This document shows positions 42,978-53,152 of a stretch of DNA of 64,000 nt, piece by piece. Position 1 is the first letter of the stretch. Every line of letters starts with the position of its first letter. This DNA is from an uncultured delta proteobacterium. GTDB lineage: Bacteria > Desulfobacterota > WTBG01 > CAIYCZ01. The notes beneath the pieces are model-generated. The model saw only the letters and a program-made list of their open reading frames with translations, was not told the DNA's origin and searched no databases. The stretch spans positions 1 to 64,000 of the forward strand of contig CAWDOY010000054.1 of assembly GCA_963803975.1 (NCBI GenBank). Direction: 5' to 3'. The position numbers and the translations under genes are program-made.

Positions 42978-44792
42978 TCACCTGAGCGGCAGCCGGACCC
43001 GGAAAACCGTCCAGTTTTTCTCCAGGCTGCTTTCAAATTCGACCTGCCCGTTATGCATCACCGTAAACAGCTTTACAATGGCAAGGCCCTGGCCACCGGT
43101 ACCCTCTTTGCCTGCAAGGGTATGCTGATCATTAAAAATTTTTCCCTGAATATCGGGAGGTATTGCACCCGTATTGCCGATCTCAATAACCGCATGCCCG
43201 TCATGGATGAAGGTTGAGACCTGGAGGCGGCCCTGTTTGAGCTCATCAAGCTTCTTCTGGGCATTGTTCAACAGGTTGCCCGCGATCCTGCCGACTTTCT
43301 TGCGGTCAGCAGTAATAAACAGTTCTCCGTCAAGGTGCGCGGCCACTTCTACCGGGGGTCGAAAATAGGACGTTTCCAGGCGTTCCTGCAGGATGTGATT
43401 GAGGTTGATGGTCTCCATCTGGGCAAAGGGAATATTGTCAGTAACAATATCCTCTACTGCCAGCATGCTTTTTGAGAGTTTTTTATACATCTCATTCAGT
43501 TCTTCCGGCGTTGCATCAGGAGCCCTCAGCTTTTTGGTGTAGAGCCGGGCAAGGGCGCTTAGAGAGAGCAGCTGGTTGAAAGAATCATGACGCTCCTGGG
43601 CTCGGAGGGATGACTGAATACACACCTCAATATCCTGAATGAGCGAGTTACAGAAAAATATATCCTCATCCTCAAGGGGCGTTGACTCATCGCCATCGAG
43701 CACCAGGACATGCGTTACCCGCTCCTGCTCGTCTTTTAGCGGGACAAAGTAGACATTTTTAATTTTTTTATGAATATAGAGCGCATAGCTTGCCTTCATG
43801 CGCTCGTCATCCCGGGCGTTTTCTATGAGCAGGGGTGTGCCCGTGTCACATACCTCACGAAAGGCGGGATGATCAATAAAGGAGAGCATGATGCCGTAGC
43901 TGTGGGCTGCCGGCTCTATCGGGTAGCCGGCGATGAGGATGGCCAGCGCATCGCCCCGGGCATCTTTCTCAATGGCAAAGAGGGAGCAGCGTTTAACCTG
44001 TATGATTTCGGCAATCTTTGCCACCAGGAAGCTCAGCACCTGATCAAGTGATTCGGTGCGCTTCAGGATCTGCAGCAGTGCCCGGCGGCTTTGCCGCAGG
44101 ATGTTGGCCTTTTTCTGCAGCTCGAAGCGCCGCTTCTGTGCCAGCACATAGCTGAATCTGCCCACCACGCTGTGAATCAGATTAATCTGCTGCGGGGGAA
44201 AGCTGCGGTCCAGTTCCTTATAATATATCTGCAGGGTGCCGATGAGCACCTCCTTTTTTTCCGTTCCGTCATAATCAGTGAGAAGAATCGGCAGCGCCAG
44301 CATTGAATTGATACCCAGAGAGAGCAGCCGGTCCTTTTCCGCGTACAGGGGCTCGGCGCTTAGATCCCGCACGTAGTAATAGGATTTGGTTTTAATGATC
44401 TGGCCCGCGATGGAGTGCTCATAGGGGATTGCGCCGGTTCTTTCACCTCCCCAGTTATAACTGCCGCTTGCCACCATGACGTTTTTTATCGGATCATAGG
44501 TGCGGCAGGTGGCGCACTCGGCATTAGTCAGCTCGGTAATGTCACGGCACAGGATGGTGAGCAGCTCGTCGCCGGGGATCTCGGGGGGGATGTTCATAAT
44601 ACTGTCTGATATCTTTATTGCCCGCTGCACATCTATCCAGGGATTCTCAAGCATAAATTCCATGCGCTGAATGTCCTCCTGAGAAAGCAGCAGCAGCATG
44701 GTTCTGGTCTTCTCGTCTTCCAGCAGCCGCAGGACCTCAGGATGTTCCTGGAGAAATTTTTCGATGTGTTCAGGGATTGCTATGTTGCTCAT
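42978..44792 (-). CDS. Cytoplasmic GAF-GAF sensor histidine kinase
   Basis: SMLALPI and YFVPL GAF strands, ERHDSFNQL H-box-like, NLLNNA, GQGLAIV. Confidence 0.75.
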   Translation of the reverse strand: MSNIAIPEHIEKFLQEHPEVLRLLEDEKTRTMLLLLSQEDIQRMEFMLENPWIDVQRAIKISDSIMNIPPEIPGDELLTILCRDITELTNAECATCRTYDPIKNVMVASGSYNWGGERTGAIPYEHSIAGQIIKTKSYYYVRDLSAEPLYAEKDRLLSLGINSMLALPILLTDYDGTEKKEVLIGTLQIYYKELDRSFPPQQINLIHSVVGRFSYVLAQKRRFELQKKANILRQSRRALLQILKRTESLDQVLSFLVAKIAEIIQVKRCSLFAIEKDARGDALAILIAGYPIEPAAHSYGIMLSFIDHPAFREVCDTGTPLLIENARDDERMKASYALYIHKKIKNVYFVPLKDEQERVTHVLVLDGDESTPLEDEDIFFCNSLIQDIEVCIQSSLRAQERHDSFNQLLSLSALARLYTKKLRAPDATPEELNEMYKKLSKSMLAVEDIVTDNIPFAQMETINLNHILQERLETSYFRPPVEVAAHLDGELFITADRKKVGRIAGNLLNNAQKKLDELKQGRLQVSTFIHDGHAVIEIGNTGAIPPDIQGKIFNDQHTLAGKEGTGGQGLAIVKLFTVMHNGQVEFESSLEKNWTVFRVRLPLR

Positions 44793-44868
44793 GGCAGGAT
44801 GTTATCACCCGTTATGATTACTACCTACTATTATATATAATAAAACCGTTATAAAAATCAACAGGGAG

Positions 44869-44902
44869 AAAAAAAGCCCCGAATCCTTCGGGATCCGGGG
44901 CT
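44869..44902 (-). terminator. Intrinsic terminator of the S8 peptidase gene
   Basis: agccccg.atcc-ttcg-ggat.cggggct hairpin with A7 tract (T-tract on minus strand). Confidence 0.8.
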
Positions 44903-44939
44903 GGTAAAATCGCGAGGATTTAAAAAAGAGCCGGCGCTG

Positions 44940-46229
44940 TTAATACTGGAGCGCTGCAAAAGCATCAACCAGGCCGTAGCCATACTCATTGTCTTTTTCC
45001 GGCGCCCCGAGATCCTCAGCGGTATTGATGAGCGCGTCCCTGATCTGCTGAGGGCCCCAGGTCGGGTGTTTTGCCTTGATGAGCGCTGCAACGCCTGCGA
45101 CGTGAGGGCTTGCCATGGAGGTGCCGCTCAGGAAATAATAGCCCGAGCCAAAAGCAAAAAATCTGAAGCCAAAGAATTCACTGAAGGTCTCCTGCAGTAC
45201 CCCGCCATTCTTCAGTCCATCGCCATCCGGGTCCTGGGAAGTAACGCCGCCGGGAGCTACCAGGGCAAGCTCCGGCCCGTAGTTGGAATAGAAGGTGCGG
45301 TTCTTGCTATAATCTACCGCACCCACGGCAATAACATTGTCAAAGGCAGCAGGGTAACCCACCTCCCCAATGCCGTCGTTACCGGATGCTGCAATAATCG
45401 TGACGCCATGGTTGTTAACCGCGTCATCTATGGCCTCTTTAAGCAGGGAATAATCATACTCCTGTCCCGTATCCGGGTCACGCCGTGGCCCGCCAAGGCT
45501 CAGGTTGATGATATCTGCTTTATTTTGTGCAGCCCAGTCAATACCATCAATAATCCAGTTCAGGTACGTTTCCCGGCTTCTCATGAAAACTTTTACCGGA
45601 AGGATGGTGGCCCCGTAGGCAACTCCCGCAACGCCGATCCCGTTGTTGGTTTCCTGACCAATAGTGCCGGCCACGTGGGTTCCGTGGTGGTTCTGGTCAA
45701 AGGATGATCCGGGAATATTAAGGATTGCATTGTAGCCTTTAAGGAGCCTGTTGCCGAAGCCATCGGCATTGAAATGAAAGCTTGTATTGACACCGGTATC
45801 AACAACCGCCACCGTAACATTGGCTCCCGTGCTTATGTCCCACGCAGACTCAATGTTAATCAGGGGAAGATTCCACTGCTCTTTATAGTACGGGTCATTC
45901 GGCGTGGAGTAGAGGTGCATGACATAATTCGGTGTGGCACGCTCAACAGCAGGATCTTTCAGCAGCTGCGTGACCTTTGCGGCAACCGTGCCTTCGGGAA
46001 CTTGCACCACGGCAAAGCGCCGGGTGAATGAGTGACTGACGTTCAGTGCGCCAAAGCTGCGCAGCCTGGCAGCCTGCGCCTGATCTGCAACCCCCTGCTT
46101 AAACTTGACCAGTATTTCTCCCGGCGCCCATGGCTGGCCGGTGATTTCTGCTGCGTAGAGCGGTACGCCGACAGCGCATCCCAGTATCAAGACTGTCAGC
46201 AGGCATAGCAAAGTCTTTTTCATGTGCAT
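44940..46229 (-). CDS. Secreted subtilisin-like S8 serine peptidase
   Basis: Signal peptide, [27 protein letters not shown] triad motifs. Confidence 0.95.
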   Translation of the reverse strand: MHMKKTLLCLLTVLILGCAVGVPLYAAEITGQPWAPGEILVKFKQGVADQAQAARLRSFGALNVSHSFTRRFAVVQVPEGTVAAKVTQLLKDPAVERATPNYVMHLYSTPNDPYYKEQWNLPLINIESAWDISTGANVTVAVVDTGVNTSFHFNADGFGNRLLKGYNAILNIPGSSFDQNHHGTHVAGTIGQETNNGIGVAGVAYGATILPVKVFMRSRETYLNWIIDGIDWAAQNKADIINLSLGGPRRDPDTGQEYDYSLLKEAIDDAVNNHGVTIIAASGNDGIGEVGYPAAFDNVIAVGAVDYSKNRTFYSNYGPELALVAPGGVTSQDPDGDGLKNGGVLQETFSEFFGFRFFAFGSGYYFLSGTSMASPHVAGVAALIKAKHPTWGPQQIRDALINTAEDLGAPEKDNEYGYGLVDAFAALQY

Positions 46230-46423
46230 TTCCTCTTATTATCGTTTTTCTTTTCGCGTGCCGTTATATTTAGATAACATAATTATAAACAGGCGTCGAG
46301 GCCAAAACGTTTCCTGAAATTATGGTACCCTTGAGATAATCATGGAAATGGCAGGGTGAAGTGTTATAAAATAAAAAAAATGCGAGCTGGAAGAGATAAG
46401 GAGTTACGATGCTGAAGCTTATT

Positions 46424-46461
46424 AACTCCTGAACTCCTCAACTCCTGAACTCCTCAACTCC
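46424..46461. repeat. 8-bp tandem repeat AACTCCT(G/C), about 4.75 copies
   Basis: aactcctg aactcctc aactcctg aactcctc aactcc; complementary aggagtt near 46400. Confidence 0.85.
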
Positions 46462-46518
46462 GTAGCTCATAAACTATATCTGCTCTGTGTTTAATGCTAT
46501 TACTGCTGGGAGGCTGAT

Positions 46519-47016
46519 ATGAATAGAATGCTGGCGGGCATTATATCTGACACGCACGATAACCGCACCAACATTGTCCGGGCGGTTGAGCTGTTTAACC
46601 GCACAGGGGTCTCGTTGGTGATTCATGGCGGGGACATGGTCGCGCCGTTCACCGCCCTTGATTTCAAGGCGCTCAACTGCCCCATGGAGATGGTCTTCGG
46701 CAACAATGATGGTGAGCGCATCGGCCTGGTGAATAGCTTCAGGGGTATCGGTAATCTTCTGCCGGGCCCCCGGACGTTTTCGTTTCAGGGAAAGAAATTT
46801 CTTTTGATGCATGAGCCGGGGTGCCTGGATGACGTCGCCGCTGCTGCCGGCGTGGATGTTATCGTCTACGGCCACACCCATGACGTTGACGTGCGTCCGG
46901 GCCATCCGCTGGTTATTAACCCCGGGGAAGCCGGCGGCTGGCTGACGGGAAAAGCAACCATGGCGCTGCTGGATCTGGAGACAATGACGGTGGAAATAGT
47001 GTCGCTTAACAGCTGA
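46519..47016 (+). CDS. Metallophosphoesterase, YfcE/MJ0936 family
   Basis: ISDTHD, HGGD, FGNND, GHTH, INPGE. Confidence 0.9.
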   Translation: MNRMLAGIISDTHDNRTNIVRAVELFNRTGVSLVIHGGDMVAPFTALDFKALNCPMEMVFGNNDGERIGLVNSFRGIGNLLPGPRTFSFQGKKFLLMHEPGCLDDVAAAAGVDVIVYGHTHDVDVRPGHPLVINPGEAGGWLTGKATMALLDLETMTVEIVSLNS

Positions 47017-47030
47017 AGAGGATTCTTTGC

Positions 47031-47456
47031 ATGAACTATGTACCCTATTCCATAAAACAGACCTTTATGGTCAGGCTGCCGCAGGGAGAAGACCTGCTCG
47101 CTGCAGTCGCCGCAGTGGTGAGAGAGACGGGTGTCAGGCTGGGTGTCTTTTCAGTAATCGGGGCTGTCAGCGCTGCAGCCTTTGGCTACTATGACCAGAA
47201 AAGAAGGCAGTATCAAACAATCATCCGGCAGGGCGCATTTGAGATTGTGACCGGCAGCGGCAATGTGACCCTTAAAGACGGCAGCCCCTTTGTCCATGCC
47301 CACATTCTGTTTGCTGATGAGACAGGAAACTCTTTCGGCGGGCACCTCATGTCAGACACCGTTATTTTTGCCGCCGAGCTGTGCCTGCAGGAGCTTGAAG
47401 GCGAGCCGCTGGTCCGGCAGCACGATGATAAGACCGGGCTGTTTCTCTGGAAGTAG
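47031..47456 (+). CDS. PPC/DUF296 domain protein
   Basis: RLPQGEDL, IGAV, HAHI..GGHL. Confidence 0.85.
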   Translation: MNYVPYSIKQTFMVRLPQGEDLLAAVAAVVRETGVRLGVFSVIGAVSAAAFGYYDQKRRQYQTIIRQGAFEIVTGSGNVTLKDGSPFVHAHILFADETGNSFGGHLMSDTVIFAAELCLQELEGEPLVRQHDDKTGLFLWK

Positions 47457-47613
47457 CAGGCTGTTGAAAAACACCCGTCTGCGGTGTTGCGCTCATCCTT
47501 CGTCATTGCGACGTACGGTAAGAGTACGCCTCATTCCTGGAGGATTTCGCGCGCCGTGCATCCGGATGTTTTTGACCAGCCTGAGGAAAAACTAATTTTT
47601 CAACAACCTGATA
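47454..47613. mobile_element. MITE-like element with 18-bp imperfect terminal inverted repeats
   Basis: tagcaggctgttgaaaaa ... tttttcaacaacctgata (2 mismatches), internal hairpins, no transposase. Confidence 0.65.
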
Positions 47614-47801
47614 GAGATATTTTCTGCGGTGACGCGTACGTGCACGGCTCTTGTAATAACCCCCCTTCATCCCCCTTTCATAATTGTGCCATTGCTGCTG
47701 AACGGTTTGGAGGGTTTTGGGGTAGCGGGACGCGCAATCACATATAATATATAGTATGTCTTGACGCTGAAAAATCCTGCCCCGGCCGGAGGATTCAATT
47801 T

Positions 47802-49550
47802 ATGGACAAAAAAGAAGTCGCAGCCATTCTGGAAGAAATCGCCACGCTCCTGGAGCTGAAGGGAGAAAACCCCTTCAAGTCCCGCGCCTATTCCGCAGGG
47901 GCCCGGGCAGTGGAGTCACTTGATGAGGACCTGCACGCCGTCATTGCTGAAAACCGCCTCAGAGATATCAAGGGAATCGGCGAGGGGCTGGCGCAGAAAA
48001 TTTCTGAACTCATGCACACCGGGCACCTTGCCTATTATGAAGAGCTGAAAAAAGAGATCCCTGAAAGTCTCCGGGACATGCTCAGGATTCCGGGACTTGG
48101 CCCGAAAAAAATCAAAGCACTGCATGAGCAACTGGGCATCAGCACTATCGGCGAACTGGAGTATGCCTGCAATGAAAACCGCCTCCTTGACCTGCCGGGA
48201 TTCGGCGCGAAATCACAGGAAAAAGTGCTGCAGGGCATTTCCTTTCTGAAGAAATATCAGAACCAGTTTCTCTACAGCACCGCCCTTGCAGCGGCACAGT
48301 CCATTCTTGATAACCTCTCGGGCTTACAGCAGGTCATACGGATAAGCCTTGCCGGAAGCATCCGGCGCAGGAAAGAGATTGTAAAGGATATTGACCTGGT
48401 GGTGAGCACCGGGAACAGCGGCCCGGTTATGGATTTTTTTACCACCCTTCCCCGGTTGGAAACCATTATTGCCCGGGGTGATACCAAGTCAAGCATCATC
48501 ACTGCTGCCGGCATCCAGGTTGACCTGAGGACCGTTACTGACAAAGAATTTCCTTTTGCCCTGCACCATTTTACCGGCAGCAAGGAGCACAATATTGCCA
48601 TGCGCGGCCGCGCCATTGAGATGGGCATGAAGATGAACGAGTACGGCTTGTTTAAGGGTGAAAAGCTGGTGCCCTGTAAAGACGAGGAGGAGATATTTAA
48701 CACCCTGAAGCTTGATTACATCCCCCCGGAACTGCGGGAGGACCGGGGAGAAATTGAAGCAGCAGAAAAGCACCTTTTGCCGCGGCTGGTTGAGGAACAA
48801 AACATCCGGGGCACCTTCCATGCCCACACCACGCACAGCGACGGCACCTGCAGCCTGCAGGAACTCATCCATGCGGCACAGCAGCTTGGCTACACATATA
48901 TAGGCATTACCGAGCACAGCCAGAGCGTCTCGTATGCCCGGGGCCTTAAGCCGGACCAGCTGATAGAGCTGTTCAGGGAAATTGACGCAATCAATAAAAA
49001 GCTCAAAGGCTTCCGGGTGTTCAAGGGCACGGAGGCTGATATCCTTGCGGACGGCTCCATTGATTATGACGCTGAACTGTTAGCGCTCTGCGATTTTGTG
49101 ATCGCATCAGTCCATTCTCATTTTACCCAGAGCCAGGCTGAAATAACCGGGCGCATCGTAACGGCGCTCGCAAACCCCTTTGTCACCATGCTCGGCCATC
49201 CCACGGGGCGGCTGCTCTTGTCGCGCGAGCCCTACGCGGTGGACATGATGAAAGTTATAGACGCGGCATCCCGGGAAGGAACTGTTATTGAAATAAACGC
49301 CCACCCCCAGCGGCTCGATCTTGACTGGCGCATGTGCCAGTATGCCAGGGAGAAGGGGGTAAAGGTGAGCATCAATCCCGATGCCCACGCAAGCGCGGGC
49401 CTCAGGGATGTTGCCTATGGCGTCAATATCGCGCGCAAGGGGTGGCTGGAGCCCGGTGATGTGTTAAACACCATGCCGCTTGAAGAGGTCACCCGCTATC
49501 TTGAGCAGCGGAAAAAAAGAGCGCTCTCACTGCTGCAGAAGAAGACGTAG
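47802..49550 (+). CDS. polX: DNA polymerase/3'-5' exonuclease PolX (PolX + PHP)
   Basis: ENPFKSRAY, GSIRR..KDIDL, FTGSKEHN, HAHTTHSDG, HPTGR, NPDAH. Confidence 0.95.
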   Translation: MDKKEVAAILEEIATLLELKGENPFKSRAYSAGARAVESLDEDLHAVIAENRLRDIKGIGEGLAQKISELMHTGHLAYYEELKKEIPESLRDMLRIPGLGPKKIKALHEQLGISTIGELEYACNENRLLDLPGFGAKSQEKVLQGISFLKKYQNQFLYSTALAAAQSILDNLSGLQQVIRISLAGSIRRRKEIVKDIDLVVSTGNSGPVMDFFTTLPRLETIIARGDTKSSIITAAGIQVDLRTVTDKEFPFALHHFTGSKEHNIAMRGRAIEMGMKMNEYGLFKGEKLVPCKDEEEIFNTLKLDYIPPELREDRGEIEAAEKHLLPRLVEEQNIRGTFHAHTTHSDGTCSLQELIHAAQQLGYTYIGITEHSQSVSYARGLKPDQLIELFREIDAINKKLKGFRVFKGTEADILADGSIDYDAELLALCDFVIASVHSHFTQSQAEITGRIVTALANPFVTMLGHPTGRLLLSREPYAVDMMKVIDAASREGTVIEINAHPQRLDLDWRMCQYAREKGVKVSINPDAHASAGLRDVAYGVNIARKGWLEPGDVLNTMPLEEVTRYLEQRKKRALSLLQKKT

Positions 49551-49568
49551 AAAGTGTGCAGCCATGAA

Positions 49569-49611
49569 CTTATCTGGCAGTATCTGCAGCGCACGGAGAA
49601 GAAGGGCAGGG
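49569..49611 (+). repeat. 43-bp direct repeat, left copy
   Basis: cttatctggcagtatctgcagcgcacggagaagaagggcaggg; 41/43 identical to 50920-50962. Confidence 0.9.
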
Positions 49612-49659
49612 GCCCCGGCCCGGCTCCATAAAAATTCGATTGACAGGCCGGCGTAATCA

Positions 49660-49702
49660 GGCTATGACCAGATTAATTTAGTAAATTAATCTGGTCATAG
49701 CC
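49660..49702. promoter_or_regulatory. Perfect 21-1-21 palindrome (putative operator) overlapping a promoter
   Basis: ggctatgaccagattaattta g taaattaatctggtcatagcc, abutting ATG 49703; TTGACA at 49640-49645. Confidence 0.7.
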
Positions 49703-50881
49703 ATGTATATACCACGAAAACTGAAGAAAACATTTCAGAGCGCTCTCCGGCACTTTCCTGCGGTCCTGATTACCGGGCCCCGGCAGTCAGGCAAAACCAC
49801 CTTCCTGAAACACGAAACCAAAGATATCAGCTATGTGACCTTTGACGACCCGCTGAATCGTGATTATGCGCTGAAGGATGCGAATGGTTTTCTGGACCAA
49901 TTTAAAGGAAACCCGGTCATCCTTGATGAGATTCAATATGTGCCGGAGCTTCTGCAGTATATCAAGATACGGATAGACCGGAAGCGGACGCCCGGCGTGT
50001 GGATCATGACCGGCTCGCAGCAGTTCCATCTGATGAAGAATATCAGCGAGACGCTTGCCGGAAGAATCGCCATTCTTGAGCTGGGGCCCTTCAACCTGCA
50101 GGAAGGCAGAAGCAGAAAAAAGAATCTTGAAGATTTCCTGTGGACCGGTCTTTTTCCCGAGCCTGCCTGCTATCCTGAAAAGCGCGATTTGTGGCTCAAT
50201 GCGTATATTCAAACCTATGTTGAGCGGGATATCCGCCAGATTGAAAATATACGTGACTTCCGGTCATTCGAAATGTTTGTCAACCTGAGCGCGGCATTTC
50301 ACTCCCAGGAATTTCATCCGGCAACGCTGGCCAGAACCTGCGGTGTAAGCCAGACGGCCATTACCTCGTGGGCAAAAATACTTGAGGCAAGCTATCTTGC
50401 TTTCATGCTCCCGCCCTTTTATAAAAACTTCGGCAAGCGGGTCATTAAGACCTCCAAGTTTTATGTAACAGACCCTTCCCTGGTTTGTTTTCTTACCCGG
50501 CAGCCTTCACCGGAAGCAGCGCTCAGGGGGAATATGGGAGGAGCGCTGTTTGAAGGCTTACTAATAAGCGAAGTGTGGAAGGCTTTTTTTAACCAGGGGA
50601 AAAGGCCCTCGGCCTTTTTCTGGCGCTCACAGGACGGAACAGAGGTTGATTTAATTATCCAGGCACAGGGGAAGCTCATACCCATAGAGATCAAGCTGAC
50701 TTCTACCCCTTCTGTTCATCATCTCAAGGGTATTACCAGTTTTAAGGAACTTGTGGGAAGGGAAGCCGCTTCGCAGGGCATACTGGTCTGCAATACTGCC
50801 AGAAAAATTGACCTGCCCGGCAACAATATAGCATTGCCCTGGTCCAAGTTTTCTGAGTGGCTGGAGAAGATTGTTGTGTGA
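49703..50881 (+). CDS. AAA_14 ATPase with DUF4143 domain
   Basis: GPRQSGKTT, ILDEIQ, TGSQ, ETLAGR, YVERDI, GALFEG, EVDL..IEIK. Confidence 0.9.
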   Translation: MYIPRKLKKTFQSALRHFPAVLITGPRQSGKTTFLKHETKDISYVTFDDPLNRDYALKDANGFLDQFKGNPVILDEIQYVPELLQYIKIRIDRKRTPGVWIMTGSQQFHLMKNISETLAGRIAILELGPFNLQEGRSRKKNLEDFLWTGLFPEPACYPEKRDLWLNAYIQTYVERDIRQIENIRDFRSFEMFVNLSAAFHSQEFHPATLARTCGVSQTAITSWAKILEASYLAFMLPPFYKNFGKRVIKTSKFYVTDPSLVCFLTRQPSPEAALRGNMGGALFEGLLISEVWKAFFNQGKRPSAFFWRSQDGTEVDLIIQAQGKLIPIEIKLTSTPSVHHLKGITSFKELVGREAASQGILVCNTARKIDLPGNNIALPWSKFSEWLEKIVV

Positions 50882-50919
50882 GGGAGAAGGGCATGACCGT
50901 GCCGCCCTGCATCGAAGAG

Positions 50920-50962
50920 CTTATCTGGCAGTACCTCCAGCGCACGGAGAAGAAGGGCAGGG
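50920..50962 (+). repeat. 43-bp direct repeat, right copy
   Basis: cttatctggcagtacctccagcgcacggagaagaagggcaggg. Confidence 0.9.
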
Positions 50963-51108
50963 TAGAAAGTGGGGACATCCACTAATAAAAATATCAGTTG
51001 GTAGTTTTGATACCAAGTATTGTGGGAAAGTCCCTCAATTTTCTCTGCATAAAAAAAGCGATGCAACAGGCAACATGCATCGCTTTAAAATACCTCACAG
51101 CAAAATGA

Positions 51109-52740
51109 TTACTGGGTCACCGTGACATTGACGCTCTTTATATCTGATTGCTTTCCATCGTCATCCTCGACCATAACACTGACCTTATGTGAGCCGGCGC
51201 CAAGCTGAACGCCGTATAATTTATAGATACCCCATCCACCCCAATCTTCGGCTTCGCTAAGATCGCCATCCCAATCCCAATAATAAAACAGTACAAACCC
51301 GTCATCAGTATCCTCAGCCTGACAGGTTAAGGTGAATTCTGTATTTATGTCGCCGGAAGAGGGATTTACCGTAAAAGAATCAATAATTGGTTTGCCGCCT
51401 TGTGATGGAATAGTAGTAGTTACGCCCCCCGGAATGCTGGTTGTTATTCCACCAGGTATAGTCGTTGTTACCCCACCGGGAATAGTCGTTGTGACGCCCC
51501 CGGGAATAGTGGTAGTGCCGGCATTAATCGAGCTTGTGGTGCTGGGTGGCACGCCGCCATTGGTAATATGCTCTATTGCTTTTTCCAGCACATAATCATG
51601 TGAATCATCAAGGCTTTGTTCGGCCGGAATTTTAATGTCAGGCTCAATTCCTTTATCTTCAATTTCAATCATTTCATCCGTATAGGCAATCCAGATCGAA
51701 ACCGCGTAGCTCACCTTATTTGGCAGGCTGAATTCTTTGGGGCTACCCGAGGCACCGCGCGTCTTGTCTCCCATTAGCGTCAGGTTGGGGCACGCCCGCA
51801 TCATAAGCGTACACCATTCGGCAGAACTCATGCATTTTTGACCGATCAGTCCTACTACCGGTTTATTAAAGTGCGTGCCGCTGCTGGGTTCAAGCGTGTG
51901 TGTTTCAAGCTCTGAAAATGCGTCATGATCTGCTCCGGGGATGCGGGTTTTAGTATACCCGTAGATACGCGGCTCATCCGTTAAACGGGAGATAAACATT
52001 TCAGCATTATCTTCAGATCCACCACTATTGGGGCGAATGTCAATGATCAGTCCGTCCGCATCAGCGTAGGTGACAAAAAGATTTTCAATGTCCTGGTCAC
52101 TGATGTTTTTAAATTTTTCAATTTCAAATGAGTCAATCCTGATGTAGCCGATATTCTCATTCCCGTTCAGAATAACCTTATCGTGCCATATAACATCGCC
52201 GATTTTCTGATATCCGTTCTTCGCGTATGCGTTGCGGGGATTGTTGGTAAAGTTTCCGTTAACCGTACCATTATACCCTACGGCCTCACCATTAGGCTTG
52301 GTGACTGATACATGCCAGTCATGCAGCACCTGCAGCACATTGTTGAATTCATCTGCAAATTGATCTGCAGTCATATTCTTCTGGAAATTAGGCTGATACT
52401 GGGTCTTAACTGCATCCCAGTCAACATTCTTATAGGTAAAATAAGAGTAGTTCTGATCAAAATCTTTCCAGGCCTGTTCAAACAGGTCTGCGGCCGACTG
52501 ACCACCATTATTACACCCCGACGTACCATAAAGAAGAAGTGGTAATAGGACCACTAAAACAATTCCCAATTTCATCCTGGTAATGCAATGCCATGTAAAC
52601 AAAACAGAAAACAGTTTTTTAGCCCTGGTAACCATTGAAAGCTCCTTTCTAAAAAATTGGTTAGTGAACATAGTTATGCCGAAACCCTTGCGCCGGATCA
52701 TGATTAAAATTGTTAAGATTATATATAATTTTAGTGCCAA
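51109..52740 (-). CDS. S41 family peptidase, probable lipoprotein with Thr-rich linker and PKD-like C-terminus
   Basis: IGYIRIDSF, LIIDIRPNSGG, MSSAE, GIEPDI; LYGTSGC lipobox-like (true start probably near 52575); TTTIPGG repeats; YWDWDGD. Confidence 0.8.
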   Translation of the reverse strand: MALKLYIILTILIMIRRKGFGITMFTNQFFRKELSMVTRAKKLFSVLFTWHCITRMKLGIVLVVLLPLLLYGTSGCNNGGQSAADLFEQAWKDFDQNYSYFTYKNVDWDAVKTQYQPNFQKNMTADQFADEFNNVLQVLHDWHVSVTKPNGEAVGYNGTVNGNFTNNPRNAYAKNGYQKIGDVIWHDKVILNGNENIGYIRIDSFEIEKFKNISDQDIENLFVTYADADGLIIDIRPNSGGSEDNAEMFISRLTDEPRIYGYTKTRIPGADHDAFSELETHTLEPSSGTHFNKPVVGLIGQKCMSSAEWCTLMMRACPNLTLMGDKTRGASGSPKEFSLPNKVSYAVSIWIAYTDEMIEIEDKGIEPDIKIPAEQSLDDSHDYVLEKAIEHITNGGVPPSTTSSINAGTTTIPGGVTTTIPGGVTTTIPGGITTSIPGGVTTTIPSQGGKPIIDSFTVNPSSGDINTEFTLTCQAEDTDDGFVLFYYWDWDGDLSEAEDWGGWGIYKLYGVQLGAGSHKVSVMVEDDDGKQSDIKSVNVTVTQ

Positions 52741-52898
52741 TGCAAGCAGATTAGTATGTGTCTGCGTGTAAGCTCTAAATACGCAGCATCATAAGCAGTA
52801 AGATGGCAGGTTTTTGCTATTTCATATATCCTGCCGGAATATCTGGTGCCGTACAAAATATCAGTCTCAATATTAAACTGGGAGTAGCATGTATAAGA

Positions 52899-53144
52899 TT
52901 ATCTGCCCGCCTCGATATATTTTTTAATATTCACCTTCCTCCCGGACTTTTTCCTTATCTCATCGAACTGCCTGAGAATTTCCTCATTGGTGGTTTTTTT
53001 TCTATCATTAATTACAGGCACTAACCGGGCTACCGGTTTGCCTCTTTTCGTGATGGTTATGCTGCTGCCGTCCTGCACCTCCCGAAGAAGGCGGGATAAA
53101 TGAGTTTTAGCATCAAATGCGCTTACCGTGTTTTTTGTCTTCAT
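52899..53144 (-). CDS. Phd/YefM antitoxin (no adjacent toxin)
   Basis: VSAFDAKTHLSRLL..ITITKRGKPVARLVP. Confidence 0.9.
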   Translation of the reverse strand: MKTKNTVSAFDAKTHLSRLLREVQDGSSITITKRGKPVARLVPVINDRKKTTNEEILRQFDEIRKKSGRKVNIKKYIEAGR

Positions 53145-53152
53145 ATAACTAG

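Noticed and set aside
49569..50962. Prophage/ICE att sites or DGR template and variable repeats
   Set aside because: No integrase or reverse transcriptase in the window; mismatches are synonymous and not adenine-specific
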